Source of the DNA: an uncultured Chloroflexia bacterium
GTDB lineage: Bacteria > Chloroflexota > Limnocylindria > Limnocylindrales > CSP1-4
Direction of reading: 5' to 3'
Length of the DNA stretch: 64,000 nucleotides
Assembly (NCBI GenBank): GCA_963809215.1
Contig: CAWEIJ010000002.1
Span: forward strand, 2,019,220-2,083,219
Of this stretch, positions 40,301-51,938 are shown piece by piece. Both the position numbers and the translations under genes were made by a program. The stretch's first letter is position 1; each line of letters starts with the position of its first letter. Under the pieces are notes generated by a model, which made no database searches, was not told the DNA's origin, and saw only the letters and a program-made list of their open reading frames with translations.

Positions 40301-42285
40301 GCGCTCGGCGGCTCGGCGCCGTCGACCGCGTCCGTCGCGGTCCCGCTGAAGGCGACGGCCTGCCCGGCGTTGTAGGTCGCCGGCGCGCTGATCGCCACGA
40401 TGGGAGGCGAGGCCCCCACGGTGACCTGGGTGGTCGCCGTCCCCACCTGTGACCCGTTGCTCACCGTGAGCGTGGCGGTGTAGGTCCCGGCGCTCGCATA
40501 CGTGTGCGACGGGTTGGCAGCCGTCGAGAGCCCCGAGCCGTCACCGAAGTTCCAGGAGTAGCTGAGCGGCAGCCCGTAGGGGTCGGTCGAGCCGGCCGAC
40601 GAGAACTGGACCGGTAGCGGTGCCGGCCCCGCGTTCGGCGTCGCCGACGCCGTGGCAGTCGGGGCGAACGGCCCCGGAGCGGAGATCCGGTAGATCGAGC
40701 CGCTGAAGATGCTCGCGTAGTAGAGGTTCCCGTCGGGCCCCTCCTCCAGGTCCGCGATGGTCCCGACGGCGCTGTCGAAGACGGTGTCGGAGACGACGGT
40801 CCGGTACGTCGGGTCGAACGTCACCGCGTCGATCGACAGCTGGTTGTAGTCGCCGACGAAGACGACGTTGGCGTACTGCCGAGGGAACGTCGTCCCCGTG
40901 TAGGCCGCCACGGCCGAGGCCGCGCCGTCGACCGGGTAGTGGCCGTAGGCGTAGACCGGATTGATGCCGCCGCAGCTCCCGCAGTTGCCCTCGACGAAGT
41001 CCCAGCCGTAGTTGCCCCCGGGCTGGATCGTGTCGAGCTCCTCCCAGTAGCTCGAGCCCGTGTCCTCCGTCATCGGCTGGCCCGTCGGCAGGAACGACCA
41101 GCGGAACGGGTTGCGCAGCCCGTAGGCATAGATGTACGGGATTGCGTTGGGCACGTTCAGGAACGGGTTGTCGCTCGGGACCGACCCGTCGAGGTTGAAG
41201 CGCAGCATCTTGCCGTAGATGTTCGTGAGGGTCTGCGCGTTCGTGATCGACGGGACGTTGTCGCCGACGCTCCACCAGAGCTTGCCGTCGGGCCCGATCT
41301 TCACCGTCTGGCCGGGGTGGTGCCCGTTCTGGATCTGGTTGCCCTGGTAGTAGACCTTCTCGGTCGTGAGGTCGATCGCGTTGTTCACGACCGTGAACCG
41401 GGACAGCCTCGTGTACGGCTGCGTCCCGGAGCTGTTCGTGACGTTGACGACGTACGAGATGTACACGTAGCCGTTCGTCGCGAAGTTCGGGTCGAGCGCG
41501 AGGCCCAGCAGGCCGCACTCCGTGTTGTAGAAGACGTTGGGGAGCGTCACGAGGGGGGTCGGGAGGACGGCGCCGTTGCGGTAGATCAGGATGACCCCGG
41601 TCTGCTCGCCGACATAGATGTCGCCGTTGGGGGCGAAGGCGAGGAGGATGGGCTTCGTCAGCGATCCGGCGAGCTTCGTCTGCGTGAAGCCGGGCGGAAG
41701 GACCTGGTTGATCGGGGTCGTGACCGTCGCCGACGCGCTGAACGGCGTCGACGACTCGGTCCCGGTGACCGTGGCCGTGTTGGAGAGCGATCCGCCCGCC
41801 GCGGCCGTGACCTGGCCGGTGATCGTGACCGACCAGGACCCCCCGGCGGAGAGCGTCGCTGCGCTGCACGTGACGGTCGGGCTGGCGAAGCTGCAGCTGC
41901 CGGTGCTCGCGGTCATCCACGGCGACGACGGGAAGCTGCCGATGCCGAGGCCGACGAGCGTGTCGGTCAGGCTCAGGCCCGACGCTGCCGCGCCGCCCGT
42001 GTTCGCCACGGTGATCGTGTAGGCGAGCGCCTGGCCGCTGCTGACCGGGTTGGGGGAGGACGTGACGGCGATGGAGACTGCCGGGCCGACGGCCAGGGCC
42101 GGGCTGGTCACGGCGGCGGTCGCCCCGACCAGGGCAAGGATCGCGACCGCGCGCAGCGCGATCCTGCGGACCGGGCCGCGGTGGCCCCGTGCCCGCCCGG
42201 GCGCGCGCCGCGCGTCCGCCCGGCCGCCGTCGTCCCGCCGCCGAAGCAGCGTCATGAGACTCCTGCGGGATCGCCTGGCTTCCAT
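37400..42285 (-). pseudogene. giant secreted protein (~1630 aa if repaired): signal peptide, DUF11 conserved-repeat domain, PQQ-dependent soluble glucose/sorbosone dehydrogenase (GSDH) beta-propeller, 2 PKD domains, lectin-like ~150-aa domains and Ig-like repeats. Reading frame broken by at least 4 single-nt indels (~39165, ~38990, ~38785, ~37820).
   Basis: Protein-like segments are distributed over three frames (ORFs 37813..42423, 34002..38720 upper part, 37400..37969). Each junction is restored by a one-nt shift. RBS GGAGG upstream of the ATG at 42285. Confidence 0.7.
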
Positions 42286-42301
42286 CCTGAACCTCCAACC
42301 A

Positions 42302-42328
42302 GATGAATGGGATGAATTGGATGAGTGC
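42302..42328. repeat. 3 x 9-bp tandem repeat GATGAATGG / GATGAATTG / GATGAGTGC in the 85-bp intergenic spacer immediately upstream of the RBS of the 37400-42285 gene
   Basis: Direct reading; AT-richer than surrounding sequence. Confidence 0.5.
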
Positions 42329-42370
42329 GGCGGGTGGATCAAGGTGCGCGCGCCTCCGGGTTCGGGCGGC

Positions 42371-45300
42371 TCAGGGGCCGGGGACGAGGCCAACGGTGTC
42401 GAACGTGGCGGCGCAGAGCGCACCGGTGTTATGGGACGTCACGGCCATCCCGGCGAGGACGGCGGTGGGCAGGGCGATCGTCTGGGAGCTGCCCGGGACG
42501 AGCGTCCAGTTGACGCCGTCGGTGCTCGTGTAGGCAGTGAACGTGTTGACCAGGCGCGCGATGCGCAGGTAGAGCGGCGGGACGCCGGCGACCTTCGACG
42601 TCTGCGAGGTGGATCCCCCCTGGGCCGTGCGCCACTGGACCACGACGCCCTTGGTCGTGGTCATGAGGATCGCGTAATACGGCGAGCCCGAGGCACTCGA
42701 GGCTCGGAACATCAGGCCTGCCTTTGCGCTCGGATTGGTGTTCGTCTGGCTGGCCACGCGGGCGCTGAGGGTCCCGTTGCCGGTGAGGGCCTGGCTGACG
42801 AAGTTGAACTGGTCGGCGGTGGCGTAGATGTCGGCCCCGGCCCCGTTGACCGTGAAGACGCCGGCGCTGTACGTGGCCGAGCCGGCGAGGGCAGGAGCCC
42901 CGATGTCGGCGTCGGTCCAGGGCACCGGCAGCGGCGGCGGGGGCGCGGTGACCGTCAGGCTGACCGTGGTCGCGTGGGTCGCCGAGGGGGCGGTCCCGGT
43001 GACGGTCAGGGGATACGTCCCGGTGGGGACGCTGGCGGCGACGGCGAGGCCGAGCGTCGCGCTGCCGCCGGCGCTGACCGAGGTCGGGGTCAGGGTGGCG
43101 GTCACGCCCGCCGGCAGGCCGCTGACCGCGAGGGCGACCGTCTCGGCGCTGCCCGAGATGAGGGCGGTGGTGATGCTCGTCCCGCCCGAGGCGCCCTGGG
43201 CGATCGAGAGGCTCGACGGGCCCGCGGCGATCGAGAAGTCGTTGGGGGTGACCGTGGACAGCCCGACGTTGTCGAAGGTGGCGGCCCCGAGGGCGGTCGC
43301 GGTGTGACACGTGACGGCCAGCCCGGCGAGGACGGCGGCGGGCATGGCGATGGTCAGGCTCGAGCCGGGCACCGCCGTCCAGCTGACCCCGTCGGGGCTG
43401 GTGTAGGCAGTGAAGGTGCTGGCCGAGCGGACGATGCGCAGGTAGACCGGGACGGTGCCCGCGATCTTGACCTGGCCGGTGGTGCCGCCCTGGGCCGTGC
43501 GCCACTGGACGGCGACGCCGTTGGCCGGGGTGGCGAAGACCGCGTAGTTGGGCGCCCCGGGATCGCTCGTGGCGCGCAGCATGAGCCCGGCCTTGGCCCA
43601 GGCGTTCGAGTTGGCCTGGCTGGCCACGCGGGCGCTGAGGGTCCCGTTGCCGGTGAGGGCCTGGCTGACGAAGTTGAACTGGTCGGCGGTGGCGTAGATG
43701 TCGGCCCCGGCCCCGTTGACCGTGAAGACGCCGGCGCTGTACGTGGCCGAGCCGGCGAGGGCAGGAGCCCCGATGTCGGCGTCGGTCCAGGGCACCGGCA
43801 GCGGCGGCGGCGGCGCGGTGACCGTCAGGCTGACCGTGGTCGCGTGGGTCGCCGAGGGGGCGGTCCCGGTGACGGTCAGGGGATACGTCCCGGTGGGGAC
43901 GCTGGCGGCGACGGCGAGGCCGAGCGTCGCGCTGCCGCCGGCGCTGACCGAGGTCGGGGTCAGGGTGGCGGTCACGCCCGCCGGCAGGCCGCTGACCGCG
44001 AGGGCGACCGTCTCGGCGCTGCCCGAGATGAGGGCGGTGGTGATGCTCGTCCCGCCCGAGGCGCCCTGGGCGATCGAGAGGCTCGCCGGGCCCGCGGCGA
44101 TCGAGAAGTCGTTGGGCGTGACCGTCGAGAGGGCGACGCTGTCGAAGGTGGCGGCCCCGAGGGCGGTCGCGTTGTGGGACGTGACGGCCAGCCCGGCGAG
44201 GATGGCGGCGGGCATGCTGATGGTCAGGCTCGAGCCGGGCACCGCGGTCCAGCTGACGTTGTCGGGGCTGGTGTAGGCAGTGAAGGTGCTGGCCGAGCGG
44301 ACGATGCGCAGGTAGACCGGGACGGTGCCCGCGATCTTGACCTGGCCGGTGGTGCCGCCCTGGGCCGTGCGCCACTGGACGGCGACGCCGTTGGCCGGGG
44401 TGGCGAAGACCGCGTAGTTGGGCGCCCCGGGATCGCTCGTGGCGCGCAGCATGAGCCCGGCCTTGGCCCAGGCGTTCGAGTTGGCCTGGCTGGCCACGCG
44501 GGCCGTGAGGGTCCCGTTGCCGGTGAGGGCCTGGCTGACGAAGTTGAACTGGTCGGCGGTGGCGTAGATGTCGGCCCCGGCCCCGTTGACGCTGAAGACG
44601 CCGGCGCTGTACGTGGCCGAGCCGGCGAGGGCAGGAGCCCCGATGTCGGCGTCGGTCCAGGGCACCGGCAGCGGCGGCGGCGGCGCGGTGACCGTCAGGC
44701 TGACCGTGGTCGCGTGGGTCGCCGAGGGGGCGGTCCCGGTGACGGTCAGGGGATACGTCCCGGTGGGGACGCTGGCGGCGACGGCGAGGCCGAGCGTCGC
44801 GCTGCCGCCGGCGCTGACCGAGGTCGGGGTCAGGGTGGCGGTCACGCCCGCCGGCAAGCCGCTGACCGCGAGGGCGACCGTCTGGGCGCTGCCCGAGATG
44901 AGGGTCGTGGTGATGCTCGTCCCGCCCGAGGCGCCCTGGGCGATCGAGAGGCTCGCCGGGCCCGCGGCGATCGAGAAGTTGTTGGGCGTGACCGTCGAGA
45001 GGGCGACGCTGTCGAAGGTGGCGGCCCCGAGGGCGGTCGCGTTGTGGGAGGTGACGGCCAGCCCGGCGAGGATGGCGGCGGGCATGCTGATGGCCTGGCT
45101 CGAGCCGGGCACCGCGGTCCAGCTGACGTTGTCGGGGCTCGTGTAGGCAGTGAAGGTGCTGGCCGAGCGGACGATGCGCAGGTAGACCGGGACGGTGCCC
45201 ACGATCTTGACCTGGCCGGTGGTGCCGCCCTGGGCCGTGCGCCACTGGACGGCGACGCCGTTGGCCGGGGTGGCGAAGACCGCGTAGTTGGGCGCCCCGG

Positions 45301-48300
45301 GATCGCTCGTGGCGCGCAGCATGAGCCCGGCCTTGGCCCAGGCGTTCGAGTTGGCCTGGCTGGCCACGCGGGCCGTGAAGGTCCCGTTGCCGGTGAGGGC
45401 CTGGCTGACGAAGTTGAACTGGTCGGCGGTGGCGTAGATGTCGGCCCCGGCCCCGTTGACGCTGAAGACGCCGGCGCTGTACGTGGCCGAGCCGGCGAGG
45501 GCAGGAGCCCCGATGTCGGCGTCGGTCCAGGGCCACGGGACGGGCGAGATCGACACGCTGTCGAACGTCGCCGAGCCGAGGGTCCCCCACGTGTGCGAGG
45601 TCACGGCGAGGCCGGCGAGGACGGGCCCGCTCAGGCCGACGCTCGACGGCGGAGCCCGGCACCGGCGTCCACGAGATCCCGTCCGGCGAGGTGTACGCCG
45701 TCGCTGTCCCGGCCGACATCGAGACGGCGAGATGGACCGGCGGTCCGCCCGCGGCCACGAGCTGCGAGCTGGCGCCGGCGAGCGTCGTCCTCCACTGGAT
45801 CGCGATCCCGTTGCCGGGCGTGACGAACACCGCGTAGTAGGGCGAGCCGGGGTCGATGCTCGACCTGAGCATCACGCCGGCCTTCGCCCACGCTGACGTG
45901 TTGGTCTGCGAGATCGCCCGCGCGACGATCGACCCGTCCGTCGGGAGCGTCTGCCAGGCGAAGTGGAACGCGTCGGCCGTCGACCAGATGTCCCCGCCGC
46001 CGCCCTGGACCGTCCAGGTCCCGGCGGTGAGCGATTGCGCGCCGGTGACGCCCGTCGAGCCGATGTCGGCGCAGGTCCAGCCCGTCGGGCATGCCCCCGG
46101 CGGCGGCCCGGCGTTGCCGAGCGTGACGGTGTCGAAGGTCACCGTGCTGAGCTGGCTCGTGTTGTGGGACGTGACGGCGAGGCCCGCGAGGATCGTCCCG
46201 GTCAGGCCGAGGCTCACGCTCGCGTTGGGAATGGGGGTCCAGTTGAGCCCGTCGCTCGACGTGTACGCCGTGAACGTGCCGTTCGACTGCGCCACCTCGA
46301 GCCACGCGGGGGCGACGCCCGGCGTCGTCACCTGCGAGGACGCCCCACCCTGCGTCGTCCGCCACTGGACCGCGATCCCGTTCGAGGGCGTCACGAACGC
46401 GGCGAAGTAGGGCGAGCCCGGGTCGGACGTCGCCCGCATCATCAGGCCCGCCTTCGCCCAGGAGCTCGTGTTCGTCTGGGTGTCGAGACGGGCGCTGAGC
46501 GCACCGTTGCCGGTCAGCGGCTCGCTCAGGAAGCGGAAGCTGTCGGACGTTCCCCAGATGTCGCCGCCGCCGCCCTGGACGGTCCAGCTGCTGCCAGTGA
46601 CGTACTGCGCTCCGCCCGGGACCGGGAAGCCGATGTCCCCGCAGGTCCAGCCGGTCGGGCAGAGGCTTGGCGGGGGCGCCGCGGACGCCGTGGCGGACAC
46701 GGTGTCCATCGTGTCGGTGGCGAGGGTCGACGCGGAGCCGGAGCTGACCGCCAGGCCGCCGACGACGCCGGTCGTCGGGCCGAACGTCACGCTCGAGCCG
46801 ATGATCGGCGACCACGCGACCCCGTCGGGAGAGGTGAACGCGGTGTACGTCGTCTGCGAGCGGGTGATCTCCAGGTACTGCGGCGGCGTGCCCGCGATGC
46901 TCACCAGCGGCGTCACCCGCATACCTGCCGCGCTTCGGTAGAGGACCTGGACCCCGTTTGCCGGCGTCACGAAGACGCCGTAGGAGAGCGCGCCCGGAGT
47001 CGTCGCGTCGGCCCGGAACTCGAGGCCGGCCTGCGCGCCCGCCGTGTTCTGCTGGGCAGTGACGTGGGCGACGAGCGTCGCGTCACCGGAGAAGGCCTGG
47101 TAGACGTAGTGCAGCTGGTCGGCGTAGCCAGCGTTCCCGATCCCCGCTCCGGAAAGCGACCAGACCCCGCTGCTGAGCGACTGGTTGCCGACCGCTCGCC
47201 GGGTTGCCGATGTCGGTGCACGTCCAGCCGCCGGGACATGGCGATGACGACGGCGGCGGGTTCGGCGGCGCGCCGGGCGGGCCGATCGCGACCGTGTCCA
47301 CGGTCGAGGCCGTGGCCGTTCCGTTCGTGCCGGACGCCGCGGCCAGGCCGACCATCGCCGTGGTCGGCACGACGACGCTCGCCGTGCTGCCGGCGACGAG
47401 CGTGAACGTGGAACCGTCGGGCGACGTCGCCGCCCCGAGCGTGTCCCCGACCCGCTGGATCTCCAGGTAGAACGGCAGCGCGGGCGCGGTGACCTGCACG
47501 CTCTTGACGGCCCCCAGGAAGGCCGTCCGGTACTTCGCGGAGACGGTGCCGGCGCCGTTGTACGTGACGGCGTAGAACGGCGAGCCCGGATCGTTCGCCT
47601 GCCGGACCATGAGCCCGGTCTGCGTTGCGCTCCCCGGTGTGGCCCGTCACCCGGGCCGTGATCTGCGCGTCGCCGGAGACGGCCTGGCTCATGAGACGGA
47701 GCTGGTCGGTCCCGCCGGCGAGACCGAGGCCGGCGCCGCCCGCGGCGATCGACCACGACCCGGCGCGGACGGTCTCGCTGCCCGCGGGCGCGGGGCTGCC
47801 GACGTCCTGGCACGTCCAGCCGGTCGGGCAGCTGGCGTCGACCGGCGGCGTCGTCGGCGTGACGGGGGCGAACGCGAAGACGGTCCCGTCACCGGAGCCC
47901 ATGTAGACCGTGCCGTTCGAGACGCTCGGCGGCGAGTACGTCACTGCGCCCGTCTGGTAGCTCGAGAGGACGTTCCCGGTGGCGGCGTCGAGCACCTCGA
48001 GGTACTTCCCGGCCCCGGCGAAGACCATCCCGTTGTCGTACGCGAGGGCGGGAATGACGGGACTGGCCAGCCCGCGGGCCCAGACGACGTTGCCCGTGCC
48101 GGGGTCGACGGCCCGGACGGCTCCCGGATAGCCGACCCCGTTGATCGTCGTGTTCCCGCCCGCGGCGTAGAGGAGGCCCTGGGCGAACGCCATCGAGGAG
48201 ACGCTGCCGTCCCCGCACGTCGGGCAGATGCCGCTGACGGCCACCTGGTCGTACCAGACCGGCCCCGCGGCGATGTTCGAGCGAAGGAACGCGTAAAGAA

Positions 48301-49381
48301 AGCCGTTCTTGTTGATCCCGGCGACCAGCGCACGCCCGGTCGAGTCGGTGAACAGGATCGGCGAATCCCCCCAGTCGGAATCCGCGTTCATCGTGCTCTG
48401 CGGGATCTGCCACGAGCTCAGGATGGAGAGCGAGGTGGCGTCCAGGGCGACCATCGCCTCCGAGTACGCCTGGGTGCTCTGGTTGAGCGTGCCCGTGGTG
48501 ACGTAGACGATGTTCGTCGCCGGATCGATCGACGGGGTCGTCCAGACGCCGCCGCCGACCTGGCCGCCTGGCACGAGGCTGGCCGTCGCCATCACCGCGT
48601 GGGTCGTCAGGTCGACGCGCAGGAGCTGGCCCTGGACGAGCGGGCAGTCCCCCAGGCTTGCAACGCCGATATACACGGAGTTGCCGTAGATGAGCGGGCT
48701 GGCCCAGTTGTAGTAGCCGTTCGCCGGGTTGCCGATCGGGATCGACCAGAGGACCTGGCCGGTCGCGGCGCTGAGCGCGTACCAGTTGCCGTCGCCCCCG
48801 CCGACGTAGACCGTGCCGTTGGAGACGTTCGCGGTGGACGACACGCCGAGCGCCGGCGGGGAGCACTGGGGCGCGGTCGTCGTGCCGATGAACGTCTTCC
48901 AGATAAGCGCGCCCGTGGACGCGTTGAGCGCGTACTCGTAGCCATCCCACGAGCCCACGTAGGCCACGCCGCCCACGATCGTGGGCGAGGCGGCGATGAC
49001 GCCGCCCGTCTTGTACGTCCAGAGCGGCCGCAGGTTCGGCGCGCCGGCGGCCGAGAGGATCGTCTCGGAGCTCGCGGCCGTGAGCTGCGGGTTCTGCAGG
49101 TACATCGGCCAGTCGACCGCGGGCGACGCCGCGAGCGCCGTCGCCGGAGCTCCGAGCTGCGCGCCCAGGGCGGCGTTGAGCACCAGGACGAGCGCCCCGG
49201 CGACCTTCCAGGCCGCCCTCCGTCGTCCCGTTCCCGCACGCAGACGCGCGCGGTGCGCTCGGATGCCCGTGCCGACTGGCACGCCCACGTTTCGCCGCCC
49301 TCGATCGATTGCATCGGGCGCTGCCGATGGAGCTCCGGATCCGACGGCTGCGCCGCTCGCCGGATCGAAGGGGATAGGCAT
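42371..49381 (-). pseudogene. giant secreted protein (~2330 aa if repaired): signal peptide, PQQ-repeat beta-propeller, multiple CPTGWTCxDIG-prefixed lectin-like ~150-aa domains, 3.3 x 290-aa (Ig-like plus lectin-like) near-identical repeats. Frame broken by at least 3 single-nt indels (~47635, ~47205, ~45648).
   Basis: Protein-like segments lie in ORFs 46967..49549, 47083..47610, 42429..47813 (upper part) and 42371..45604. Junctions are restored by one-nt shifts. Confidence 0.7.
42800..45500. repeat. ~3.1 tandem copies of a near-identical 870-bp coding repeat
   Basis: Opposite-strand ORFs at 42828, 43698, 44568 and 45438 are near-identical and spaced exactly 870 bp. Confidence 0.85.
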
Positions 49382-49996
49382 CGTGGCGCTGGCGCGCCGA
49401 AGCCCCCCAATGCCGCGTGGTCCTGATCGGACCGAGAATGATTGCCTGGCAACGAGGTGGACCATTCGAATGAATGGGACGCTGGCCCGCCATCGCCGCC
49501 GTCGCGGAGTATCGCGCCGACGCAATCGCGCGTCAAGACCGCGTGTCAAGGGTCCAATTGACCCTTTTCAGATGACCCGTGGACTCGTCCCTTCGAGGTC
49601 GCGATGACCGGTCGGTGAGGGCTCCGCGGCGCGCGCGGCCACCGGGAATCCGCCGCACGGGCCGTCCGTACTGGGCCATCCTGCGCCCCGGACGGGCACA
49701 AGACGGCCCCGGACGCCACCGGAGCGCACCGTCGCCCTGACGTGTGGCGGGCCGCCCTAGGAACATCGTGCGGGTTGGCGCCGGCCCAGCGGCTGCCCAA
49801 AGTCTGGTCTTGAAAGCGTCCCGCCACGGGTTGCTCTCGGGTCGCACCAGGTCCTCTGCGTCGAGGTTCTCTCACCTGCCGGGCGGCCATCGAACGGGAG
49901 ACGACGTCAATGTTCTCGAACGTAACCGGTCGGACGGTCGCGCCCGCCGTCCCGGGTCCCGCCGGGCGACGGCCGGCCTTCCAGCGGCCCCGCGGC

Positions 49997-51770
49997 ATGG
50001 CGACGGCGGTTGTCGTGGTAGCCGCCCTGGTTTCCTGGAGCGCCGGCGCGGTGCCGGGACTCGCTGCGACCAACACGAAGCAGGCCGCGACGCTCGCCCA
50101 GGCCGGGGCCTGCCCGACGGGCTGGACGTGCGCCGACATCGGGGCACCGAAGGTCGCGGGCGGCACGAGCCTGGCCGGCGGCGCCTTCACGCTCACCGCG
50201 TCGGGCGCGGACATCTTCGCGTCGTCGGACCAGTTCCAGCTCGCATGGCAGTCGCTCCCGGGTGACGGGTCGATCATCGCGCGGATCACCTCCCAGGCGA
50301 ACACGTCGGTGAGCGCCAAGGCGGGGATCATGCTGCGAGCGTCGACGGATCCCGGATCCCCGTACTACGCCGTCCTCATGACCACCACCAAGGGCGTCGC
50401 GACCCAGTGGCGCAAGACGGCAGGCGCGACCACGTCGCAGGCAACCAAGGTTCCCGGCGTTCCCGCGCGCTGGCTTCGGATCACGCGAAGCGGCAACACC
50501 TTCACCGCGTACACGGGCGCAGACGGCGTGGCGTGGACCCCCGTGGCAGGCTCGGCACAGACGTTCGCCCTCCCGACCGTCGCGCTCGCCGGCCTGGCCG
50601 TCACCAGCCACAACGGCGGCGTTCTCGGCACGGCCACCTTCGACAACGTGACATCGTCCGCCACGCCGACACCGCCGCCGACGCCAGCGCCGACATCCAC
50701 ACCGACGCCGGCCCCAACCGCGACGCCGACGCCGACGCCGACGCCGACCGCCACGCCCAAGCCGACGCCGACGCCCACTCCCGCCCCCACGACGTCGCCG
50801 ACGCCCGCACCGATCGGTTCGTCGCAGTTCGTCGGGCGGAGCGGCACGACGCTGACGCTCGGCGGCGCGCCGTACGTCTTCACTGGCTTCAACATCTACA
50901 ACGCGAACAGTCGCTCGAACTGCGGCGCGACGGCCGGCACGGGCAGCTACCTCGACACGGCCCTCGGCGACATCGGGTCGGCCCACCCCGTCATCCGCGC
51001 GTGGTTCTTCCAGAGCCTGGCGACCAGCAACGGGGTGCGCGACTGGTCCGCCTTCGATCACACCCTCGCGATCGCTGCGGCGCACGGCGTCAAGGTCATC
51101 GCCACCCTTGGCAACCAGTGGACGTCGTGCGAGACCGGCGGCTACAAGTGGGACAGCTGGTACACGGGCGGGTACAGGACCGTCCGTCGATCCCGGCAAC
51201 GTCACGACCTATCGCCAGTGGGTCAGCGACGTGGTCGCCCGCTACAAGGACAACCCGACGATCGCGTTCTGGCAGCTCATCAACGAGTCGGAGATCAAGG
51301 CCGACAACTCCTCGAGCTGTGGCCCGGCGGCGGATCTCTACAACTTCGCGGCTGACGTCTCAGCCCTGGTCCACTCGATCGATGCCAACCACCTCGTCTC
51401 GCTCGGTGAGATGGGCGGCGGCCAGTGCGGCATGCAGGGCTCCGACTACCAGAAGATCCATTCGATCCCGACGATCGACCTCTGCGAGTTCCACGACTAC
51501 GGCCATCCCACCACTGCGCTGCCGACGAACTTCGCGAATGATCTCGCCGCCTGCAGGGCGGACGGCAAGCCGCTCTACATCGGCGAGGCCGGGATCCAGG
51601 TCACCGACGTCGGTAGCACCAGCCTCCGGGCAACGGACCTCTGGAACAAGTGGTCCGCCCAGATGGCGGCGGGCGCCGCGGGGTTCCTGGTCTGGTCCTG
51701 GAATAACAGCCCCGACGGCACGACCTACCAGGTCGGCCCGGGCGATCCGCTCATGAGCATGGCCTGGTAA
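49997..51770 (+). pseudogene. secreted glycoside hydrolase family 5 (clan GH-A, mannanase/cellulase-like) with N-terminal lectin-like ~150-aa domain and Pro/Thr linker; single +1 frameshift near 51176-51182
   Basis: Signal peptide MATAVVVVAALVSWSAGA, then CPTGWTCADIG and the D-domain, then (TP)n linker. Catalytic motifs WQLINESE (acid/base NE) and LYIGEAG (nucleophile). The two halves are in ORFs 49910..51355 and 51108..51770. Confidence 0.75.
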
Positions 51771-51938
51771 CGGACGGGGCCGGACCGGCACCGGGAGCGA
51801 CGCTCCGACGCTCCGACGCAACGATCACAACGGTCACAACGCATCAGGGCCGCCCGCACGGGCGGCCCTGGCCATTCGTTCCCGGAGGCCGGACCTCGGT
51901 CGGGCGTGCGCCGCCATCGCCCGAGCGGACCCGAGTCC

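Noticed and set aside
34600-45500. Tandem repeat arrays considered as CRISPR
   Set aside because: The periods (309 and 870 bp) are far too long and have no unique spacers. The repeats are in-frame protein domain units.
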